Assembly: GCA_963695345.1 (NCBI GenBank)
Contig: OY968769.1
Coordinates: forward strand, 2,368,001-2,432,000
Source of the DNA: an uncultured Methanomassiliicoccales archaeon
Lineage (GTDB): Archaea > Thermoplasmatota > Thermoplasmata > Methanomassiliicoccales > UBA472
DNA length: 64,000 nt
Reading direction: 5' to 3'
A model generated the notes under the pieces. That model worked only from the letters and a program-made list of their open reading frames with translations, did no database searches and was not told where the DNA came from. Below, piece after piece: positions 1 to 9,989 of the stretch (its first letter is position 1; each line of letters begins with the position of its first letter). The translations under genes and the position numbers were made by a program.

Positions 1-318
1 CATGAGACCAGCCTGCCCGGTGTGGACTATGGCCGATCGATGGGTACGTCCGTCGGTATGTCATTCTTCTCGCACTCGATCTATGGTGGCGGCGGCCCCG
101 GCCTGTTCCACGGTAACCACGTCGTTACCAGGCACTCGAAGGGATTCGTCAACCCAGTGATCGCAGCCGGTTGCTGTCTTGATGCTGGAACCCAGATGTT
201 CTCTCCGGAACACACCTCTTCACTGGTGAAGGATGTATTCGGTGACATACCTGAGTTCAAGACACCGTTGAAAGTGGTCGGCAAGGAGGCCAAGAAAATC
301 AAGGACCTGGTGGCCTGA
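1..318 (+). CDS. mcrB: Methyl-coenzyme M reductase beta subunit, C-terminal part (5' truncated by window edge)
   Basis: [16 protein letters not shown]...[27 protein letters not shown] signature of McrB; frame open from position 1. Confidence 0.97.
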   Translation, partial: HETSLPGVDYGRSMGTSVGMSFFSHSIYGGGGPGLFHGNHVVTRHSKGFVNPVIAAGCCLDAGTQMFSPEHTSSLVKDVFGDIPEFKTPLKVVGKEAKKIKDLVA

Positions 319-320
319 AA

Positions 321-740
321 ATGAGTTCTGCTTCCGCTTCGGAGCAAGTTCCGTTACCGGAGATCCTGATCTTCCCGGCCAGGCTCTTAAAGGCCGAGAC
401 CACCGAGAAACTCCTCAACAGGGTCTACTCGATTCCGAACGTCAGACACATCACCGTAAGCGGAGAGAACCTTCCAGAAGTCTTGAACGCAGGTCCTGGC
501 AAGGGACAGCCGGTCAACCACCCCGAACGCCACATCATAACCATAAAGGGGGAAGAGGTCGAGCTCAGGCTGCTCGTAGGCAGGATATTTGTCGAGATCA
601 ATGATATCGACAATGTGCCCAAGGCAATGGAGGATATCGAAGAGGTTTGCAAGGAATTGCTGCCTTTCGGATTCAACCTCGAAGTGGGGCGGTACTCAAA
701 ATTCAGACCAACAGTCACCGACTACAAGAAGAACAGGTGA
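321..740 (+). CDS. mcrD: Methyl-coenzyme M reductase operon protein D
   Basis: [17 protein letters not shown]...[13 protein letters not shown]...VGRIFVE...KFRPTVTDY; lies between mcrB and mcrG. Confidence 0.93.
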   Translation: MSSASASEQVPLPEILIFPARLLKAETTEKLLNRVYSIPNVRHITVSGENLPEVLNAGPGKGQPVNHPERHIITIKGEEVELRLLVGRIFVEINDIDNVPKAMEDIEEVCKELLPFGFNLEVGRYSKFRPTVTDYKKNR

Positions 741-745
741 TTCAC

Positions 746-1522
746 ATGGCAAAGTACGAAAGACAATTCTATCCAGGTATGACTGTGCCGGCGAAGAACA
801 GGCGCAGGTTCATCGACCCGAGCAAGAAGCTCGAAAAGCTTCGCGATGTCGCGATGGATGACGTAGTCAAGATCATGGGCCACAGGGCACCGGGATCGGA
901 CTACAGGTCAATCCACCCGCCACTGGACGAGGGCACAGAGCCCGACTGCTCAATAAGACAGATCGTCACACCGATCGAGGGAGCGAAGAAGGGAGACAGG
1001 ATCAGATATATCCAGTTCACCGACTCCGTCTATTTCGCCCCGGCCATCCCGTACCTCAGGGCCCAGATGTACATGTCCAGGCTCCGTGGGATCGATACCG
1101 GTACCCTGTCCGGCAGACAGATCATCGAAATGAGAGAGAGGGACCTCGAGAAGGTAGCAAAGGAGTACATCGACAACGAGACCTTCGACCCGGCCAGGAC
1201 TGGTATCCGTGGCGCAACTGTGCACGGACACGCATGCAGGCTGGACGAGAACGGGCTCATGTTCGACGCGTGGCAGAGATACAGGTTCAACGCCAAGACC
1301 GGAATGGTCGAGTACGTCAAGGACCAGGTCGCTATCCCGTTGGACAAGCCGATCTCCGTCGGCAAGCCGATGGACGAGAAGTGGCTCAAGGCGCACACCA
1401 CGATGTTCCGCGCGGACGATGTGGACATGAGGGCTGACCCAGAGGTCATGGCCCAGAACCTGAGGCTACACACACTTAGGACCCTGTGCGGCTACAAGCC
1501 GTTCGATGTCAAGGGGGAGTAA
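746..1522 (+). CDS. mcrG: Methyl-coenzyme M reductase gamma subunit
   Basis: QFYPG...GHRAPG...[12 protein letters not shown]...[10 protein letters not shown]...[20 protein letters not shown]; ATG 746 after GGTGA SD. Confidence 0.97.
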   Translation: MAKYERQFYPGMTVPAKNRRRFIDPSKKLEKLRDVAMDDVVKIMGHRAPGSDYRSIHPPLDEGTEPDCSIRQIVTPIEGAKKGDRIRYIQFTDSVYFAPAIPYLRAQMYMSRLRGIDTGTLSGRQIIEMRERDLEKVAKEYIDNETFDPARTGIRGATVHGHACRLDENGLMFDAWQRYRFNAKTGMVEYVKDQVAIPLDKPISVGKPMDEKWLKAHTTMFRADDVDMRADPEVMAQNLRLHTLRTLCGYKPFDVKGE

Positions 1523-1525
1523 ACA

Positions 1526-3190
1526 ATGGCAAAGGAAAAGGAGAAGCTGTTCATGGCCGCCATGAAGAAGAAGTTCAAGGAGGACCCGACCGACGTCAAC
1601 ACCACTTACTACTCCTTCGGCGGCTGGAAGCAGTCCAAGAGGAAGAGGGAATGGGTCGAGCAGGCGAACAAGATCGCCAAAGAGCGCGGCATCCCGATGA
1701 TGAACCAAGACATCGGTGTCCCGATGGGACAGCGTGTCTTGATGCCGTACCAGCTCTCCCACACCGACATGTACGCTGAGGCAGATGACCTGCACTTCGT
1801 CAACAACGCCGCTATGCAGCAGGCCTGGGACGATATCAGGAGGACCGTAATATCCGGTCTGGACACCGCCCACAACGTCATCGAGAAGAGACTGCAGAAG
1901 GAAGTTACCCCAGAGACCATCAACCACTACCTGGAGACCGTCAACCACGCAATGCCTGGTGGCGCAGTCGTTCAGGAGCACATGGCAGAGTGTTCCCCGG
2001 CACTGACCGCGGACTGCTACGTGAAGGTCTTCTCCGGTGACGACGAGCTCATCGACGAGATCGACAAGCCGTACAGGATCGACGTCAACAAGGAATTCCC
2101 GGCAGACCAGGCCAAACAGCTGAAGGAAGCCGTCGGAAAGTCCCTGTGGCAGGTCATCCGTTGCCCGACCATCGTCGGAAGGGTATGCGACGGCGGTACG
2201 ATGTCCAGATGGTCTGCCATGCAGATCTCGATGTCCTTCATCAGCAGCTACAAGCTGGCTGCCGGTGAGGCTGCGATCGCAGACTTCGCGTACGCCGCGA
2301 AGCACGCGTCGGTCGTAGAGATGGGTACCATGATGCCAGCAAGGAGGGCCCGTGGCCCGAACGAGCCGGGCGGAATTCCGTTCGGATTCCTGGCAGACAT
2401 GGTCCAGTCCCAGAGGAAATACCCGGACGACCCGTGCAGGCAGGCATTGGAGACGGTTGCACTCGGTGCAGTCATCTTCGATCAGATCTACCTCGGATCG
2501 TACATGTCCGGCGGTGTCGGTTTCACACAGTACGCAACCGCAGCCTACACCGACAACATCCTCGAGGACTACACCTACTGGGCAGCTGACCTGATCAAGA
2601 CCAAGTACGGTGGACTCTGCAAGAGCAAGCCGACCATGGACCTCGTCAACAAGCTCGGAACCGAGATCAACTCCTACGCACTGGAGCAGTACGAAAGGTA
2701 CCCGGCAGCAATGGAATCCCACTTCGGTGGCTCGCAGAGAGCGACCGTTGCAGCCGCAGCAACTGGTATCGGTGTCGCGATGGCAACCGCCAACGCCAAC
2801 GCCGGTGTCAACGCATGGTACCTGTCCATGCTCCAGCACAGGGAGAGGCTCGGAAGACTCGGATTCTACGGTTACGACCTGCAGGATATGTGCGGCGCGT
2901 CCAACTCGCTGTCGTACAGGTCCGATGAGGGTCTCCCGCACGAACTCCGTGGCCCGAACTACCCCAACTACGCCATGAACGTCGGTCACCTGCCAGGTTA
3001 CGCCGGAATCGCTTCCGCCCCGCACGCCGCGAGGGGAGACGCTTTCGCCTGCAACCCGCTGATCAAGATCGCGTTCGCTGACAAGAACCTCCCGTTCGAC
3101 TTCGCCAACATCACGAAGGAGATCGGCCGCGGCGCTCTGCGCGAGTTCATGCCAGCCGGCGAGAGGTCGACCATCATACCCCCGATGTGA
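1526..3190 (+). CDS. mcrA: Methyl-coenzyme M reductase alpha subunit
   Basis: [70 protein letters not shown] motifs. Confidence 0.99.
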   Translation: MAKEKEKLFMAAMKKKFKEDPTDVNTTYYSFGGWKQSKRKREWVEQANKIAKERGIPMMNQDIGVPMGQRVLMPYQLSHTDMYAEADDLHFVNNAAMQQAWDDIRRTVISGLDTAHNVIEKRLQKEVTPETINHYLETVNHAMPGGAVVQEHMAECSPALTADCYVKVFSGDDELIDEIDKPYRIDVNKEFPADQAKQLKEAVGKSLWQVIRCPTIVGRVCDGGTMSRWSAMQISMSFISSYKLAAGEAAIADFAYAAKHASVVEMGTMMPARRARGPNEPGGIPFGFLADMVQSQRKYPDDPCRQALETVALGAVIFDQIYLGSYMSGGVGFTQYATAAYTDNILEDYTYWAADLIKTKYGGLCKSKPTMDLVNKLGTEINSYALEQYERYPAAMESHFGGSQRATVAAAATGIGVAMATANANAGVNAWYLSMLQHRERLGRLGFYGYDLQDMCGASNSLSYRSDEGLPHELRGPNYPNYAMNVGHLPGYAGIASAPHAARGDAFACNPLIKIAFADKNLPFDFANITKEIGRGALREFMPAGERSTIIPPM

Positions 3191-3196
3191 TCCTGA

Positions 3197-3472
3197 ATGA
3201 ACGTCGGAGACTACGCCAGGTACAAGAACACCGGGACCGTCGGAAAGGTCTTGGAGGTCAAGCAAGAGGCAGGGGTCGAGTGGATTCTGCTCGACACCTA
3301 CAACCTCTACTACGACGCCACGACCCTCGAGCCGGGCTCGGCGCAGGAGTACAAGACGTTCTCCGTCAAAGAAAGGACAACCGGGCTGACGGTGGAAGAC
3401 ATCGAGGCCATGAAGGAAGAGATCGCCAAGGTTGAGCGGTATGGTTCGATCACCGCCTCCGGCGGCGGTTGA
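3197..3472 (+). CDS. DUF2098-family methanogen protein (MCR activation complex-associated)
   Basis: VGDYARYKNTGTVGKV...W..LD...LYY pattern; directly downstream of mcrA. Confidence 0.75.
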   Translation: MNVGDYARYKNTGTVGKVLEVKQEAGVEWILLDTYNLYYDATTLEPGSAQEYKTFSVKERTTGLTVEDIEAMKEEIAKVERYGSITASGGG

Positions 3473-3515
3473 ACTTCCTTCCAACAAACCCTTTAACTTC
3501 CATTTTTTTATTATG
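3473..3515 (+). terminator. Pyrimidine/oligo-T terminator of the mcr operon
   Basis: AAACCCTTTAACTTCCATTTTTTTA immediately after the last operon gene. Confidence 0.55.
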
Positions 3516-3591
3516 TTCTTGACCGTCACTTACTGATTATCCGACACCGGTCCATGCTTGTATGGAACCAATTTTCAAAACACAATTCTGT

Positions 3592-4011
3592 TCAATGGGT
3601 GCTTTGCATAAGCCCGATGACGCCACCGATGGCGACGAGGAAACCGCCCGCACTTCCGCCCGCCACCCCGACTATGCCAACGACTATCAGGACGATCGAC
3701 CAAGTTAGTATTTCGACCTTGTTCGACCAAACCATTGCCAGGGATCCGCAGAGCAGTGAAAGTAACATTTCAACGATGAAGCCATATCCCATATGGTATC
3801 CTCCGAGCGTCGCCATGATCAAGCCATACGCCCCAAAGGCGATCATGAGGATACTTCCTGCCAAAATGAGCAAGTAGGCAACTTTCGATATCGATAGCTC
3901 TGCCACGTCCAATCCCGCACCGTCCGCGTTCCCCTTCGCGGAATGGCTATTGAACGAGAGTATCACTTCTTGTTCTTTTCGAACCAATCCTGGGCTTTGG
4001 AAATGGTCCAC
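3592..4011 (-). CDS. Hypothetical membrane protein (about 3-4 TM segments; start uncertain)
   Basis: Hydrophobic Gly-rich stretches in a 139-aa ORF. Confidence 0.5.
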   Translation of the reverse strand: MDHFQSPGLVRKEQEVILSFNSHSAKGNADGAGLDVAELSISKVAYLLILAGSILMIAFGAYGLIMATLGGYHMGYGFIVEMLLSLLCGSLAMVWSNKVEILTWSIVLIVVGIVGVAGGSAGGFLVAIGGVIGLMQSTH

Positions 4012-4214
4012 CCTCTATCCTTGGCGAACAGATAGCTTACGACATGGGTGCCAACGTCGCACTTCTTCACATCATAATGGCCCTTCCGGCACGCCACTAT
4101 CGCCTTGATGCCTTTGCCCTCATCTATGCCGATGGTGCGGAAGGACTCCTTGTCGTAGTCGTCCGTGCTCTCATGTCCGCTCCTGATGTATTCCTTCGTC
4201 TCCTCCCAGGGCAT
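3963..4214 (-). CDS. Small hypothetical protein (MPWEETKEYIRSGH...)
   Basis: GGTGA SD before ATG 4214; globular composition ending SYLF..WT...A..WF. Confidence 0.7.
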   Translation of the reverse strand: MPWEETKEYIRSGHESTDDYDKESFRTIGIDEGKGIKAIVACRKGHYDVKKCDVGTHVVSYLFAKDRGWTISKAQDWFEKNKK

Positions 4215-4347
4215 ACTTATCACCGTTTTCGACTTCGAACACGGTGTACATCAAATCGCTCCTCCGAGTCGGCGGAGGTGGGGCCGATATGGTGAATAAA
4301 AATGGCCCGCCCGGGGCCTATCACCAAAAGAAGGACAATGGTTTCGT

Positions 4348-4902
4348 TCACTGGTGGGCGTCTTCGCTGTAAAAGCCGACCAGGATGGACGCCAGCTTCG
4401 GGTCGTCCTCAAGGCCATAGTTGGCCTTGATGATCATATCGCTTGGAGGCGATGGGCTGCAGGACACCACACCGGTTACACCCTTCATCGTGGTCAGTTC
4501 CGGGAAAGAGACCGGCGGCATCATCCAGTGCTCCCTCGACTTTTGGTTCTTGTCCGTGAACACGATGAAATCCTGGCAAAGGAACAGCACGTTCTGCATC
4601 TCTTTGTATTTCTTGTGCTCGCCCGGCAATACCTCGGTGCCCAGGATCTCCCCGTCGTCATCCAGCATATACACCGTCGGTTCAGGTGGCGGTCGGAAGG
4701 TGACGTCCTTGATTATGCATATGACGTGGTCCCTCTTCACTGTCTCCTCGAGACCCACATTGAAGACCTTTGTCCCCATCTGGGACTTCACGCCCCTTTC
4801 GGTGGTGAGCACTTCCTCGATATCCTTCTTGTTTAGAGGTATCACTATCCGGGTGCCCTTCATCCCCTTGATGATCTCAAGAGCCTCGTCGATCGCTGCC
4901 AT
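4348..4902 (-). CDS. Uncharacterised protein, paralogue of 9159-9731
   Basis: 184-aa ORF with typical codon usage; aligns by eye with the 9159-9731 product. Confidence 0.75.
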   Translation of the reverse strand: MAAIDEALEIIKGMKGTRIVIPLNKKDIEEVLTTERGVKSQMGTKVFNVGLEETVKRDHVICIIKDVTFRPPPEPTVYMLDDDGEILGTEVLPGEHKKYKEMQNVLFLCQDFIVFTDKNQKSREHWMMPPVSFPELTTMKGVTGVVSCSPSPPSDMIIKANYGLEDDPKLASILVGFYSEDAHQ

Positions 4903-4993
4903 TATCGCGCTAATGTCTTCTCGAATAGTTTACCCTTTCCATTCAATGGCTCGAAGATGGTTATATATGCCAGTGTGGACGTTACAGAAATCC

Positions 4994-5284
4994 ATGAGTC
5001 TGGACCTCATATCGAAACAGCAGCCAGAGGTCATCGCCGCGCTCTACCGGCTCAAGGGGGCCGTTTTCAAGGAAGGGGCGCTGAGCGTAAAGGAGAAGGA
5101 ACTGATAGCCGTGGCCGTTACGGCGCTGCTCAGATGCGATGAATGTCTGTTAGTGCACGCCAACAAGGCAAAAGAAGCGGGAGCCACCAAGGACGAGCTC
5201 AGGGAGTCGCTATTGGTGGCGATGTACCTCGCCGGCCCTACCACCGTCATTTGGACGGACAAGGTCGACGAGATCATCGGGTGA
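4994..5284 (+). CDS. Carboxymuconolactone decarboxylase/AhpD-like protein
   Basis: GALSVKEKELIAVAV..LRCDECLLVH..KA..AGAT..EL.E pattern with CxxC..H. Confidence 0.85.
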   Translation: MSLDLISKQQPEVIAALYRLKGAVFKEGALSVKEKELIAVAVTALLRCDECLLVHANKAKEAGATKDELRESLLVAMYLAGPTTVIWTDKVDEIIG

Positions 5285-5289
5285 ATGGT

Positions 5290-5634
5290 TTAGCCTTCGA
5301 AGGACACGGACACGCTTCTTTTCAGTCCCAACCCGGTCACGACCTCCCCCGCCTTGATCATGGCCATCGGTATCGGGCATGCTGCGTGTTTCAGGTGTAT
5401 TCCGGCATGCTGATAGATTGGGTTGTTGCAGAAAGGCATCGTAATGATATCGAACATTCCGAAGAGGGGCATTTCTTCCGTCATTTTCTTGCTATAGGGG
5501 CACTGGGTTTCGATCGTGTAGGTCAGCTGCCGGTCCTCGTCCATCGTGACGCTGATACGGCTCTTGAACTGACACACTCCGGGATCGAGGGCCACTACCG
5601 TGACCGGACCCTTGGTCTTGGGGACTTCGTCCAT
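5290..5634 (-). CDS. Cys-containing small protein, DUF6951-like
   Basis: PGVCQF...IETQCP...HAACPIP..MIKA.EV..GL pattern; GGAGG SD before ATG 5634. Confidence 0.6.
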   Translation of the reverse strand: MDEVPKTKGPVTVVALDPGVCQFKSRISVTMDEDRQLTYTIETQCPYSKKMTEEMPLFGMFDIITMPFCNNPIYQHAGIHLKHAACPIPMAMIKAGEVVTGLGLKRSVSVSFEG

Positions 5635-5713
5635 GCCTCCAGGAATGGATGAAGGGGATAGAAATGCCTTTGGCATCCATCCCTGGAAAGGCGGAAGGAT
5701 GCCATGGACCGGA

Positions 5714-6679
5714 TCAGGAGTTGTTCTTCCTCGTCTTGTTCAGCATCTCGAAGACCGAACCCTTGCCCACATCCAAGGTGCCAATGACGGCGATCGCTTC
5801 CTTCTTGCGCATGATGGGAACGACGACCACCGGAAGTCCGCGGAAGGGCCCGGTCGTGGCGGTCTTTCTAATGATGGTGTTCCGCTTCAACGATTCCTCC
5901 AGCAGTGGGCCGGTGAAATTGGTGTCCACCACCTCGCCCTCGTCGCACCTTACGCCATAGTGGTTCTTGCTCCTCATCGTGACCGGCAACCGGCCGAGGA
6001 GCTCATGAAGGGCAAGCGTCAGGCATTTCAGCTCATCCGCCTCGGTATCCTGGGACAGCAGGTTGGTTCCTTCGTTCCAGCACCGGCGTGATTGGTTTCC
6101 CAAGGCGAGCGCGGAGGTGACCGCGCCTTTCTCGGCCGCCTCGTAGGAGAACGCGGAACCGATGATGATCACGTCCCCGTCCTCGATCTTGAACTTGCTG
6201 CGGAGCGGGTCGACGGCCTCCTGGTCGGGAAAGTCCTCGTCCCCCGGGAATACGATCTTCCCTTCCTTGACGATCAGCGTGGTAGCTCCGACCGCTCCCG
6301 CCCTGACCGCCTCATCGCGCTGCTCACAACCGGTCTTGATCCTGTGGGACATCCCCTTCACAAGCACCGCACAGTTGTGTTTGCCGAGGGTGAGGTCGGA
6401 CATGTCCACCGACGCCACCTCCACCCCGGAGGTTTCCAGTTTCTTACGTCCCCGGTCGGTGATGACCGTTCCCATCCTGGTGTTCTCCACCGAACCCTCG
6501 CGGACCATCTTGTCCAATATGGTCCTGATGCTGCCTTCACCTATCTGGAGCGCATCGGCCAAGGCCTTTCGCCCTATCGGCCCCTGGCTGTCAATGACCT
6601 GATAGGCCTTCCAAATGTGGAAGAGACTGAATTTCGGTGTCGGGCCCCCGGCAAAATAAGAGTTGAACGCCAATGACAT
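5714..6679 (-). CDS. Winged-HTH protein (DUF4443-like N-terminus with DUF2111-like C-terminus), putative regulator
   Basis: GPIGRKALADALQIGEGSIRTIL HTH; EQRDEAVRAGAVGATT; C-terminal LHELLGRLPVTMRS...GVR...GP.RG.PVVVVP. Confidence 0.75.
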   Translation of the reverse strand: MSLAFNSYFAGGPTPKFSLFHIWKAYQVIDSQGPIGRKALADALQIGEGSIRTILDKMVREGSVENTRMGTVITDRGRKKLETSGVEVASVDMSDLTLGKHNCAVLVKGMSHRIKTGCEQRDEAVRAGAVGATTLIVKEGKIVFPGDEDFPDQEAVDPLRSKFKIEDGDVIIIGSAFSYEAAEKGAVTSALALGNQSRRCWNEGTNLLSQDTEADELKCLTLALHELLGRLPVTMRSKNHYGVRCDEGEVVDTNFTGPLLEESLKRNTIIRKTATTGPFRGLPVVVVPIMRKKEAIAVIGTLDVGKGSVFEMLNKTRKNNS

Positions 6680-6680
6680 T

Positions 6681-6705
6681 ATGGATGGATATATAATCCA
6701 TCCAT
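6681..6705. promoter_or_regulatory. Perfect inverted repeat, candidate operator
   Basis: ATGGATGGAT-atata-ATCCATCCAT between a TATA-like TTTAAA and the HTH gene start codon. Confidence 0.55.
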
Positions 6706-6921
6706 TTAAACTTTTTATTAAACGGGCACCAGATGGTCCTATCCGCCTGCTCGCAGGATGCAATCATCGTTCCTCTTTGTCGACATTACATCGCAAGATA
6801 GATGATACTGTTACTAGATACCCTCATGCGTCTAGTCTTGTTGCCGATAGTTAACGAACTTAACGATAATTGACCATCTGGAGCAAGTATATTAAGGCCG
6901 TTTAATCATCCGGGAGAGAAT

Positions 6922-8557
6922 ATGTCCGAGAACAACGAGGTTTTCGTCACCGTGGACAATATCAGCAAGAGTTTCGACGATAGCCAGGTGCTTAGGGACA
7001 TCAGCACCACCATTAGGGTCGGCGAGGTTCTAGGGCTGATAGGGAGAAGTGGATCCGGCAAGTCCGTCCTTATTCACGCGTTGAGAGGTTCGGAAGAGTA
7101 CAGACCTTCTTCCGGCAAGATAATCTATCGTGTCAATCACTGCGAGAAATGCAACCGTGTCGACCTTCCCGCTCCGGGAAAGCTCTGCACCAGATGCGGG
7201 GAGCCAACCCACATAGAGGAAGTTGACTTCTGGGGCCTGGACGAGAGAGACCCCTTGAGGATGGCGGTCAAGGAACGCATCGCGATCATGCTGCAGAGGT
7301 CGTTCGCGTTGTACGGCGACCTTTCTGTCATCGAGAATATTTTCGAGGCGTTCCCGGCCAATTTCGACGAGAAGCATAAGATCCAGAGGGCGATCGAACT
7401 GCTTCAGATGGTCCACATGACCCACCGTACCACTCACATCGCGCGGGATCTTTCCGGCGGTGAGAAACAGAGATGCGTCCTGGCCCGACAGCTCGCGCGC
7501 GAACCCATCCTCTTCCTGGCGGACGAACCCACCGGAACCCTCGACCCGCAGACGGCGGATATCGTACACAAAGCCCTCTCGGAGGCGGTCAAGTGCACCG
7601 GCATGACCATGGTGGTCACCTCGCATTGGCCGAAGGCCATCACCCGCCTCTCCGACAAGGCCATTTGGCTGGAGTCCGGGGAGATGGTTGAAGAGGGGGG
7701 CCCCCGAGGACGTGGTCAAGGAGTTCGAGGTCAGCTTTGATAAGCCGCCAGAGATGTCGGTCGCGGTCGGTCAACCGATAATCAGATGCACGGATGCCAA
7801 GAAATACTTCTACTCGATCGTCCGCGGTGTGGTCAAGGCGGTCGACGGGGTCACCTTCGACGTCAAGGAAAAGGAGATATTCGGACTGGTCGGGCTGAGC
7901 GGAGCGGGCAAGACCACGATGTCCAACATGATATCTGGCCTGTCGCCGGCCACCGGCGGGATGGTCGAGGTCCGGATCGGCGATGATTGGATCAACATGT
8001 CCGAGATGGGCGAGTTCGGCCGTGGTAGGGCCACCCCCTACATCGGCATGCTGCACCAGGAGTACAGCCTCTATCCTTTCAACACCATACTGCAGAACCT
8101 CACCGTCTGCATCGGCATAAAGATGCCCGCCGAGCTGGCCAAGATGAAGGCCATCCAAGTGCTCAGCGGCGTGGGATTCCTGCAGAAGGAGATCGACCGC
8201 ATCCTTTACGCCTTCCCGGAGACGCTGAGCGTCGGGGAGAAGCAGAGAGTGGCGATGGCCAGGGTGCTGATCGCCGAACCGCGGTTCGTGATCCTCGATG
8301 AACCGACCGGGACCATGGACCCGATAACCAAATTATCGGTCGCCAAATCCGTCCTGAACGCCAGGAAGGAACTGGGAGAGACCTTCATGATAGTCAGTCA
8401 CGATATGGACTTCGTGATCGACTGCTGTGACCGGGTCGCGCTCATGAAGGGAGGAAAGCTCATCGCCCTTGGAGACCCCAAGGAAGTGGTGGCGAATCTG
8501 ACCGAAGCCGACCTATTGGGAGAACCAGAAACGGAATCCTGCGAGGTTAACCATTGA
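6922..8557 (+). CDS. atwA: MCR activation component A2 (double ABC ATPase); one frameshift at about 7695-7705
   Basis: Two Walker A motifs ([16 protein letters not shown]), CxxC..CxxC Zn motif, [28 protein letters not shown]; split at the GGGGGG/CCCCC homopolymer. Confidence 0.92.
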
Positions 8558-9156
8558 AAGAGAGCATCGGTCGTAAGACCCGCTTCGTGGAATGCCGTGA
8601 GGCACGCGGCCTCGGGGTCGGCGGCAGTTTGGCCCAGAAGGCCACCATTTCGGAGAGCGGCAGGCAAGTGGTCGCGGTGGCCATGGGTCCAGGGAAGCGC
8701 CATATCACCAAGCCGGTGTGCGAGATAACCTATGAGCTCAGAGAGGAAGGTATCGATACCAGCGTGATCGTGATCAACGCCGGTTCGGGGGTTCCGCTCG
8801 ACGCACCAGATGCCTCCACCGGATCCATTTTCGGTCTGGACGAGATCGAGATCAAGAGGATGCAGCAGTTCAGGATCGCCTTGATCCACCTGGGGAACGT
8901 GAAGGCCCACATAATCTACAAGGCCAGGCTGATCCTTAGGAATGTGGACATGCCGGCAGTCGTGGTCTGTCAGGCGCCGGTGGATTTCGAGGACTTCGCC
9001 CGGATCGGAGTGAAGACCAGATACGTCCTGCCCAGGCCGGAGAACGTGGGCACCAAGGGGGAGATCGTGGAGATCGTCACCGGAGTGATCCGCGGGTCGA
9101 CCATCTCGCAGTCCAAGCTCGACGAGATCGTGTCCAAGGTCAAAAAGCACCTTTGA
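8554..9156 (+). CDS. mcrC: Methyl-coenzyme M reductase operon protein C
   Basis: [51 protein letters not shown]. Confidence 0.93.
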   Translation: MKESIGRKTRFVECREARGLGVGGSLAQKATISESGRQVVAVAMGPGKRHITKPVCEITYELREEGIDTSVIVINAGSGVPLDAPDASTGSIFGLDEIEIKRMQQFRIALIHLGNVKAHIIYKARLILRNVDMPAVVVCQAPVDFEDFARIGVKTRYVLPRPENVGTKGEIVEIVTGVIRGSTISQSKLDEIVSKVKKHL

Positions 9157-9158
9157 TA

Positions 9159-9731
9159 TCATTCTACCGATAGGTTGTAACCGACGATATGGGTCCAGTG
9201 CTTGGTCTCCACATATCCTAGCCTCTCCCTTATCCAGTCATCCGCCATGGTGGATATGCTGCCGGAGGTGACATCGGTTACCTCCTTGATGAAATCCAGG
9301 AAATGGAACTCCAGCGCCGGAAGCACGAAGTACGGCTCCCCGACCATCGATTTGTCGCCATAGATGATGAAGTCAGGGCCGATCCTGCATACGTCCGTGC
9401 GGTCCTTGAACTCCTCCTGCCTTGCCGGTGTCAGGTACTCGCCTATGACCTGTTTGTTCTGATCCTCTATGTAGACGATGTTGAACTGGTCGCCGATGAG
9501 CGGTATCGATGAGCCGATGACGATCACGACCACCACTTCCCGGCTCATGGTGGCCCACACGCCCCTATTGACAAAAGGCATCAGACCGCCGCAGGCCCCG
9601 TGGGATTCCGCCTCCCTCTCGATGGCCTCGAGCTTCGACCTCTCCTGCGGTTCCAGGAACCACACGTCCATGACACCGGGAATGGCACGGAGCGTTTCCT
9701 CCACCCTTTTTTGGACCGCCAGATTATCCAT
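9159..9731 (-). CDS. Uncharacterised protein, paralogue of 4348-4902
   Basis: About 190-aa ORF; N.G..., VY..D....IG, DFI, P..F..L motifs shared with the 4348-4902 product. Confidence 0.75.
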   Translation of the reverse strand: MDNLAVQKRVEETLRAIPGVMDVWFLEPQERSKLEAIEREAESHGACGGLMPFVNRGVWATMSREVVVVIVIGSSIPLIGDQFNIVYIEDQNKQVIGEYLTPARQEEFKDRTDVCRIGPDFIIYGDKSMVGEPYFVLPALEFHFLDFIKEVTDVTSGSISTMADDWIRERLGYVETKHWTHIVGYNLSVE

Positions 9732-9989
9732 GAAAAACATGAGCGGTTGTTAAGGTATTAAAAACTTCCAGATTCGCTATGAACCGCTATGCATATTCGT
9801 TCCGAACAGCTCGATTTATCCGGTCAGTAGCGGAGACGAACCAGCATGGGAAGATAAACATCGAAGGCGGTCGGGACCAAGGACCCATTCCGGTCTCCTC
9901 GGCGGTCCATATCTGGCCGGATGCCCTGGTGTCCTAGATACTCAAATAAAAAGCTTATTAACGGGCCAGAGCATCTCTCGGTGGACCAG

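Noticed and set aside
1466-3529. Long antisense ORFs (e.g. 687 aa opposite mcrA, 606 aa opposite copA, 335 aa opposite hppA)
   Set aside because: These are shadow frames produced by GC-rich codon bias of well-supported genes on the other strand.
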